A DNA stretch of 64,000 bases from positions 5,684 to 69,683 of the forward strand of contig CADBTC010000177.1 in the NCBI GenBank assembly GCA_902797445.1, given 5' to 3'. This document shows, one piece after another, positions 57,721-64,000 of the stretch (position 1 is the stretch's first letter; the number at the start of each line of letters is the position of its first letter). The stretch is from an uncultured Eubacteriales bacterium (lineage in GTDB: Bacteria; Bacillota; Clostridia; Christensenellales; Aristaeellaceae). Under the pieces are notes generated by a model, which saw only the letters and a list, made by a program, of their open reading frames with translations, was not told the DNA's origin and ran no database searches. The translations under genes were made by a program, and so were the position numbers.

Positions 57721-57748
57721 GCTTCGCTGCCCCCCTGTCCGCATGCTG

Positions 57749-59134
57749 TTACACGCTGCTCTCCTTCAGATCGGCCTCCGTCGTGTTTTCCGGGGCAGAA
57801 TCCTCCGGCTCCTTTATCCCGTTTGTTTCGTCTTTTTCGTTCCGGATATTCTTTTCCTCTTTCCCGTTCGGGATGCTTTCCTCCGTTTGTTCCTGTGGCC
57901 CGGCCTTTTTCATGCGCACCCTGGTCACCCGGAAGCCGTCCATCTCCATGACTTCGAAACGATACTCCCCGACCTGAAAGCTGTCTCCTTCTTCCGGCAC
58001 CTTCTGCAGCATTTCGCCAACCCAGCCGCCCACGGTATCCGCTTCGTACTCGTTTTCCATTTCCAGCCGCTCCGTCAGATCCTGCAGCTGCATGCCGCCG
58101 TCTACCAGGACGGAGCCGTCTTCATTGGGAATGAGTTCCTCGTTCACCTCGTCATGCTCGTCATAGATCTCGCCCACCAGCTCCTCCAGCACGTCCTCCA
58201 GGGTCACGATGCCGTCCGTCCCGCCAAATTCATCCAGCAGAATAATCTGGTGCGTCTTGGAGGACCGGAACTGCTGCAGAAGGCTGGAGATCGGCAGGGT
58301 TCCCGGCGCGAAGACCGGTTCCTTCATCATCTGGGTGATCTCCGTCTCCCCGTCATGGGTCATTTTGTAAAAATCCTTTTCGTGCAGGATGCCGACAATG
58401 TGGTCCAGATCCTCATGGTAGACCGGTACCCTGGAGAAATAGGTGGAGCGGAAAATCTCCGCCACCTCCTGAACGGTTGCGGTATCCTCCACCGCGGTCA
58501 CGTCCACCCGGGGGGTCATGATATCCTCCGCCTTCTGGTCGTTAAATTCGATGGCGGAGCGGATCAGCTCTCCCTCTTCCTGCTCGATGTCCCCTTCGGT
58601 CTGGGCCTCATCCAGCATGGTCATCAGCTCTTCCTCGATGGGCGGCTCCTCCGGATCCGCCTTGATCAGCCCGCTGAGCAGCTTTCGCCAGAGGGAAAAG
58701 AGCCAGTCAACAGGGGTCAGTACCTTCATGACCGCCTGGATCGCCGGGCTGACCCACAGCGCAAACCGCTCCGGCTGCTGCTTGGCCAGGGTTTTCGGCC
58801 CCACCTCGCCAAAGAACAGAATGACGACCGTCATCGCGGCGGAAGCTGCCGTCGCTCCGGTATCCTCGCTTCCCAGCATCCGGGTAAACAGAATGGTGGC
58901 GATGGCGGTTCCGGCGATATTGACCACATTATTCCCAACCAGCACGGCAGTCAGCAGCGAATCGTATTTTTCAAGCAGCTTCAGCGTCAGTTGAACCTTG
59001 CTTTTCTGTTCCCCTTCCATGGTTTTCAGTTTGATGCGGCTGGAGGCGGAAAAAGCCGTCTCCGTCGCGGAAAAGAAACCGGAAAGTACAATGCAGCATA
59101 TCAGGGCAAACCATAAGCCCATTAAAATCTTCAA
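57749..59134 (-). CDS. hemolysin/CNNM family protein (DUF21-CBS-CorC_HlyC)
   Basis: FFSATETA, GNNVVNI, GEV.PK, MTPR, SRVPVY, DEFGG..GIVTLED.LEELVGEIYDEHD; start could be ATG 59122. Confidence 0.92.
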   Translation of the reverse strand: MKILMGLWFALICCIVLSGFFSATETAFSASSRIKLKTMEGEQKSKVQLTLKLLEKYDSLLTAVLVGNNVVNIAGTAIATILFTRMLGSEDTGATAASAAMTVVILFFGEVGPKTLAKQQPERFALWVSPAIQAVMKVLTPVDWLFSLWRKLLSGLIKADPEEPPIEEELMTMLDEAQTEGDIEQEEGELIRSAIEFNDQKAEDIMTPRVDVTAVEDTATVQEVAEIFRSTYFSRVPVYHEDLDHIVGILHEKDFYKMTHDGETEITQMMKEPVFAPGTLPISSLLQQFRSSKTHQIILLDEFGGTDGIVTLEDVLEELVGEIYDEHDEVNEELIPNEDGSVLVDGGMQLQDLTERLEMENEYEADTVGGWVGEMLQKVPEEGDSFQVGEYRFEVMEMDGFRVTRVRMKKAGPQEQTEESIPNGKEEKNIRNEKDETNGIKEPEDSAPENTTEADLKESSV

Positions 59135-59205
59135 TCCTTTCGTTTTCGTCCGTCTCGGGTTCCCGCGTTCTCCATTCCTTTGAGACGCCGCGCCCGATTT
59201 CTGAA

Positions 59206-59234
59206 ATTATATCATTCCGGCTGTTGATTTGCAA
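59206..59234 (-). promoter_or_regulatory. sigma-A promoter embedded in the 3' end of the upstream gene
   Basis: TTGCAA-17bp-TATAAT; the upstream TGA stop supplies the extended -10 TG. Confidence 0.7.
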
Positions 59235-60582
59235 CCGGTTCTGATGCCGTCCGCTGCTCCTCCGTTCCGATGCGCATATTGAAAACAACCGCGGATCCGG
59301 CGGAACAGCCCAGAAAAATCACCGTAGCCATGATCAGAATCCGCTGCGCAAACCCTGCCAGGGGGACATTGGCCAGCTCAGCCAGGCAGAGCAGGCAGAG
59401 CAGGTTGGAGGACAGCGTGTCGAAGTAATTCACCCCCGCGCACCGGCGGTATCGGATAAACGCCCAGATATTGCTCACAAGAATCACCGCAGCGTTCAGC
59501 CCCAAAGCCAGCAGCAGCCATCCCAGGCCTCCGTTCGTCGCATTCAGATACATCACAACACCCAGATCCGTCAGCAGATCCAGCGCGTGGGAAAACAGGA
59601 AACTCATCCGATTGGTGGCGGCATAGGTGCTGCAAACCACATTGAAAATCAGCCGCAGCCCCTGGATCAGCCCGTAAAACAGCAGGATCATCCGGGGATT
59701 CGGAATCCCCAGCATGGTGAGGAGCGGAACCAGCAGCAGCAGCCGCAGCAGGTTGCAGAAAAAGAGAATCGTCCGGCGCACCGGGGTGCTCTTTTTCTTT
59801 TCCACGCCCCGGCTTTCCGCAGCCATTTCCCGAATCCGCGCGTTGAGCGTATCGGATATACGCTGCGTTTCCCCGTTTGGGTCATCGGTCTGCGTATCCC
59901 ACCGGACCAGCTCCCCCAGCCGGATCTGGTGATGCTGCTCATCAATATAGCAGGGGCAGAATCCCAGCGCTTTGCCCGTCTTCCGCTGATACAGCCGTCC
60001 CAGGGTGGCAAAGCCGGAAAAGAAAGGCGTTACGGAAGTCAGAGAATATTCCGGCAGTCCGGTTTCCGGGAAAATGACCAGATTATTTCCTTCCTCCAGG
60101 CTTTGCAGGCTCGCCCGCATGGTGGAAATCAGGGTGGCAGGATGATTCCGGTCCACCGGAATCACGCCGAAGCGGTGCAGCACCCTGCGGGCCAGGTTGG
60201 CCACCCATTTGCAAAGCCCGTCCATGGCCTTTCCCTTTACAAAGGGCAGCATCTTTTCAATCCCTGGGCGGAAGGCCTCCGCGGCCTTTTCCCCCTGAAT
60301 CAGCTCCGCATTGATCCACGCATGCGCCACCACCGGCATGGACAGGATGAAGCTCACCGGTCCAAACACATTGTAATGATTGGCAATAAACACCACCGGT
60401 TCCTTGCTGGTCCGCAGCTCCTCGGGCAGCCGCACCCGGCAGTGAAAGTAGGGATACAGTGCCCGGTACACCCACCGCATCGCTCGGGTTTCAAACCCTG
60501 GGCGCTTGCTGTATCGGAGTTCCTTCATCGGCGCCGCAGCCCTTGTTTCCTCCGCCGCAGCCGCATGCTCTGTCCTCTTCAC
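59212..60582 (-). CDS. PlsC-like acyltransferase fused to a multi-TM C-terminal domain
   Basis: VFIANH, IPVDR, LVIFPE motifs followed by about 6 TM; GTG start. Confidence 0.78.
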   Translation of the reverse strand: MKRTEHAAAAEETRAAAPMKELRYSKRPGFETRAMRWVYRALYPYFHCRVRLPEELRTSKEPVVFIANHYNVFGPVSFILSMPVVAHAWINAELIQGEKAAEAFRPGIEKMLPFVKGKAMDGLCKWVANLARRVLHRFGVIPVDRNHPATLISTMRASLQSLEEGNNLVIFPETGLPEYSLTSVTPFFSGFATLGRLYQRKTGKALGFCPCYIDEQHHQIRLGELVRWDTQTDDPNGETQRISDTLNARIREMAAESRGVEKKKSTPVRRTILFFCNLLRLLLLVPLLTMLGIPNPRMILLFYGLIQGLRLIFNVVCSTYAATNRMSFLFSHALDLLTDLGVVMYLNATNGGLGWLLLALGLNAAVILVSNIWAFIRYRRCAGVNYFDTLSSNLLCLLCLAELANVPLAGFAQRILIMATVIFLGCSAGSAVVFNMRIGTEEQRTASEPVANQQPE

Positions 60583-60586
60583 CGCC

Positions 60587-61732
60587 TCACTCCTCCGTCA
60601 CCGGCAGATCCCGAAAATCCGCGTATCCCGTGGTCAGGAAGCTTTCCGGCAGGCTGGGGGCCGGGGAAGCCTTATGCTTTTGATAGTTTTTCTTTTCATT
60701 GTTGTAGTACAGCTTTGACCATACCCGCATCCGGCCTTCCGTATCCTCCTCCGGAATGGGGCAGGGCCGGTAATCCTTGTTCTCGTGCTGTTTGAAGGGC
60801 AGGCAGGTCAGATCCCGGGCCGTCATGGTGCCGTCTTCATGAATATCGTACCGAATCTGCGCCACAACGGTATCGCTGTCTTTCTGATTGGCATTGGCTC
60901 CGTAGGTAAAGTTCCCCAGGCTGTAGAAAATGACCTTGCCCTTATACCACCGGATCATCTGACAGGTATGGGACCCATGGCCGAAAACCATGTCGAATCC
61001 GGCATCGATCATCTTCACCGCATATTTCTGGTTGGCGTCCAGGGCATAGCCCAGCTCCGTCCCCCAGTGGGCCGACGCGATCACGAAGGTGCATCCCTCC
61101 GCCCGCAGCTGTTCCATCCCCGCCACGTATTTTTTCAGCTTTTGGTCGTTCATGGGGAAGGTATAGCCCACAAATCCGATCTTAACGCCCTTGACAGTGG
61201 TGCTGTAGAGCACCTCGTCATAGAAGACTCCGATCCCCAGGGCCTCCAGGGCGGCCGCCGTGTCCGCCTGTCCCTTGTCCCCGAAATCCTTGGTATGGTT
61301 GTTGGCCAAGTTGCAGATGTCCACGTTGCCCAGCTTCAGGATTTCCGCGTATTCCGGATCGCTGACCATGGCCATCTTGCTCTTCTTGCTCTTCCGCCGG
61401 GTGGTAAAGCTGCATTCGCAGTTTGCCAGCGTCAGATCGTCCTCGCCAAACATCTCCGCCACCAGGCTGAAGGGGTAATCAAACCCGCTCTGGCCGATTT
61501 TGTATACATATCCGCTCTTATAGCCGTAAAGCTGGGCCTGATCCCCGATGCAGCAGTCCCCCACCAGTGAAAAGGTGAAGATCTTGGAATCATCCTCGAC
61601 GCTTTCCTCATTCTCCTCCGCCCGCGCCGGGACGGCAGGGCACAGGGCGCCCCAGGCCGTCATCAGGCACAGTGCGAAAAGAATCAGCCGCTTCCAGGGA
61701 CTGTTTGTTTTGGGCTTCCACTGGCTATCCAT
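60587..61732 (-). CDS. CapA / PGA_cap family metallophosphoesterase
   Basis: VGD, ANCEC, NLANNH..DFG, HWG, GHGSH, YSLGNF; signal peptide. Confidence 0.9.
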   Translation of the reverse strand: MDSQWKPKTNSPWKRLILFALCLMTAWGALCPAVPARAEENEESVEDDSKIFTFSLVGDCCIGDQAQLYGYKSGYVYKIGQSGFDYPFSLVAEMFGEDDLTLANCECSFTTRRKSKKSKMAMVSDPEYAEILKLGNVDICNLANNHTKDFGDKGQADTAAALEALGIGVFYDEVLYSTTVKGVKIGFVGYTFPMNDQKLKKYVAGMEQLRAEGCTFVIASAHWGTELGYALDANQKYAVKMIDAGFDMVFGHGSHTCQMIRWYKGKVIFYSLGNFTYGANANQKDSDTVVAQIRYDIHEDGTMTARDLTCLPFKQHENKDYRPCPIPEEDTEGRMRVWSKLYYNNEKKNYQKHKASPAPSLPESFLTTGYADFRDLPVTEE

Positions 61733-61873
61733 GATTATTCTCCGTTCCGCCGCCCGTCAAAGGGCGGTCTTGTCTTCTCCCGGTCCGCTACCGGTTCCTT
61801 ATGCTGGTCTCATTAAACCACGTCCATCTGTGATGGGAATGCTTTCACCGGCCGCTGGCCGTACGAAATCGCA

Positions 61874-62734
61874 TTACTCCTGATTCGCGTAAACAATATC
61901 CTGCCGCAGCCGGTACAGGGTGGCTCCCCGTTTCTTATGACAGAAGGCATTCGCCCACCATTCCACGCTGCGGACCGCGTCATACTGCACAAGCCCGTAC
62001 CGGATGCCTTCCTTGTTCTTTCCGCCCCGCATATTGCTGTCCAGCCAGTGGATTTCGTCCGACTCCGGATCGTAGCCCATCATGATGGCGCTGTGGGCGC
62101 CGACCCCGTATTCGTAATCGGCGGACATCTGAAAAAAATCGCCCTTCTGCGCCTGGCGCATGAAGTCCTTCGCCTTTTCCAGGTTTTCCGCTTTGGACAG
62201 GCTGCTGTCGTAAATAAACTGGGCGCCCACCTCGAAGGGGTTTCCCTTCTCGGCAGGGATCTCCTCCCACAGAAAGCCGTATGCATAGGGCCTGCACTGC
62301 TTGGCCGGCAGGTTGTTTGGAATCACCAGCTGCGTATCCGGGTATTCCGCCATGCGGAAATCATCCCGGTTCTGCCGGAACAGATAGACCGTGAAGTTCT
62401 TGCATACATAGATGTCCGAAGCGTAATGAGCCCGTTTCCGTTTTCCGTCAGCCTTCTCGTACAGGTCCTTCCCCAGCGCGATGATCCGGTCAATGAAATC
62501 CGCCCGGGCCTCGATGGCAGTCTCATCAGCTGCCGTTTCTGCCGTTTCCGCCGGCGCATCCTCGGGGATCTCCCGGCCGTCGTCATCCAGCACTACGTTC
62601 TCGATGATCTCTTCAATGGCCAGATCTTCGCTCTCCCCTGCCCCGGCCAATGCCGCCGGGAAGAAGAGCAGCATGGAAAGCGCCAGACCGCAGAATATCG
62701 TCCGTCCTTTTCTCATCCTTTTTCCTTCATCCAT
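61874..62734 (-). CDS. secreted protein with CHAP/NlpC-P60-like Cys-His domain
   Basis: YVCKNF (Cys), KGDFFQ, AHSAI (His), LDSN; signal peptide ALA. Confidence 0.65.
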   Translation of the reverse strand: MDEGKRMRKGRTIFCGLALSMLLFFPAALAGAGESEDLAIEEIIENVVLDDDGREIPEDAPAETAETAADETAIEARADFIDRIIALGKDLYEKADGKRKRAHYASDIYVCKNFTVYLFRQNRDDFRMAEYPDTQLVIPNNLPAKQCRPYAYGFLWEEIPAEKGNPFEVGAQFIYDSSLSKAENLEKAKDFMRQAQKGDFFQMSADYEYGVGAHSAIMMGYDPESDEIHWLDSNMRGGKNKEGIRYGLVQYDAVRSVEWWANAFCHKKRGATLYRLRQDIVYANQE

Positions 62735-62799
62735 CCTCCAAGGCGCATTTTAGCCCCGGATCATCCCATTTGTCCATCCTTTTCGGATTCTCCCACACC

Positions 62800-64000
62800 T
62801 TACAGCACAGGCCGTTTCCAGTGCCCCCGGGTATTTTTCTCCTCCGAGCGCGCGCCGCGCTTCAGTTTTTCCATGACCCGGCGGGTTTCCTCCCCGTCTT
62901 CCGTGGTCATTTCCGCAGCCCGGAGGCCCGAAACCGCCTGATCCCCCAGATCCGTTGGCAGCATATTCATCAGCCGGACCAGGCATCCCTCCGGCAGCCG
63001 TACCCGCAGCATCGGGAAAGCTCGCCCGCCTTCGTCCGTCAGGTGTTTTCCCCGCAGGCAGCCCGGCGCACACCGGTCGCACATTTCGCATTCTCTGTGT
63101 CCGGCGGAAAACCCCAGGGCCGTCCGGGCCGGACAGTGATGCAAAAGCATCAGCTGCGTCCGGCCGTAAACGGAAACCGCCAGGGGCAGCATGCCCTCCC
63201 CGGACGCCCGCAGCTTTTCCGTTTCCTTCTCCGAAAGCTCCGGGCTGGCAAAGGCAAACCGGCAGCCCTGCTCCTTCAGGAACCGTGCGGCTTCCCGGTT
63301 CATGACCGGAACGCCGGGTCCAGCAGCCATGGGCACCGGCCACGTCAGGCCCAGCTGCCCGATTGAACCAATCAGAACGCCGCCCAGCAGGTCCCTGTAC
63401 GCCACCGCAAAGCGGTGCAGAGTTTGCAGGGTCTCTTCCTCGCAAACCTCCGGCAGCCGGAGCCAGTCCCCCTGCTGCATCGGTGCCGCCAATGCCTCCA
63501 TCGCTTCCGCCCGGAAATCCTCGGGATACCAGATCAGAGGAGTCCCCTCCCGCCGGGCCCCAGCTGCCTGCCTGTCGTTCCGGACGGTGATCAGTATCTC
63601 CGGAATCTCACTCGCCCCGCGAGGACCTGCCGCTTCTGCCGTCTGATTTCTCAGGATCTCCGGACCTGTCAGCACCCCGTCAGACGCTTTTCCTCCAGCC
63701 GGCAGGTCCGGCTTTCCGCAGTTCTCCGGCTCTCCCATGGCCGGGTTCGTCTCTTCCACCGTCTCCGGCGCCGCGCCATCAGCCGGATCAGACTCTTCCA
63801 GTTCCGCCTCGAAGGCCCGGATCCGGGCCTCCGCCAGCTTCTCCAGCGCTTCCCGCCGCAGCGCGTTGCATGCGGACACGGGCACGAAGGCGCCGGCGGT
63901 ATATACCGTCACTTTCTCTGCCATGAAGTCCGTCGCGCCGGTTTTGCTCAACTGCCTGCTCAGATCCTCCGCACCGGTTTCCCGGGTTCTGGCGGCCTCC
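62800..64000 (-). CDS. U32-family (RlhA/YdcP-like, DUF3656) protein, C-terminal part; 5' end outside the window
   Basis: QLSKTG.T.F, N.LRR.A, SPELS, VYGR..LM...HCP, TRGH motifs; frame open to window edge. Confidence 0.82.
   Translation of the reverse strand, partial: EAARTRETGAEDLSRQLSKTGATDFMAEKVTVYTAGAFVPVSACNALRREALEKLAEARIRAFEAELEESDPADGAAPETVEETNPAMGEPENCGKPDLPAGGKASDGVLTGPEILRNQTAEAAGPRGASEIPEILITVRNDRQAAGARREGTPLIWYPEDFRAEAMEALAAPMQQGDWLRLPEVCEEETLQTLHRFAVAYRDLLGGVLIGSIGQLGLTWPVPMAAGPGVPVMNREAARFLKEQGCRFAFASPELSEKETEKLRASGEGMLPLAVSVYGRTQLMLLHHCPARTALGFSAGHRECEMCDRCAPGCLRGKHLTDEGGRAFPMLRVRLPEGCLVRLMNMLPTDLGDQAVSGLRAAEMTTEDGEETRRVMEKLKRGARSEEKNTRGHWKRPVL

Noticed and set aside
1-64000. 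tRNA/rRNA genes, IS elements, prophage or defence systems
   Set aside because: No recognisable signatures on either strand by eye; a tool-based scan would be needed to exclude divergent ones.

Overview
Gene-dense, GC-rich chromosomal segment from an anaerobic Firmicute. A Clostridia / Christensenellales-like gut or rumen organism is inferred from gene content and protein style, not proven. Most genes lie on the - strand. Contents in order: (1) end of a sugar ABC + nanA-like operon; (2) two separate iorA-iorB-paaK arylacetate clusters, one with an ACT protein and a divergent acyl-CoA ligase; (3) housekeeping genes obgE-yhbY-murC-alr-rsmD-coaD, an RluA-family gene and gpmI; (4) a split B12-dependent methionine synthase; (5) several ABC transporters, DUF1538/P-II and YitT; (6) many secreted or cell-wall proteins (L,D-transpeptidase, two NlpC/P60/CHAP-like enzymes, SH3, Ig-repeat, transglutaminase-LRR, CapA). 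I saw no tRNA, rRNA, CRISPR array, transposase or phage genes. The most interesting unexplained signals are four. First, a 20-aa motif (LxxEEIxExVxLDDxGRExP) is shared just after the signal peptide by two otherwise unrelated cell-wall enzymes 32 kb apart. Second, an ECF sigma factor has no anti-sigma neighbour, is overlapped by a small protein with a leader-peptide-like motif, and sits ahead of three secreted-protein genes. Third, a non-canonical acyltransferase is fused to an apparently dead PgsA-like domain. Fourth, an iron-type ABC system has a non-lipidated binding protein and a permease with an extra extracytoplasmic domain. All calls come from reading motifs by eye; no searches were run.
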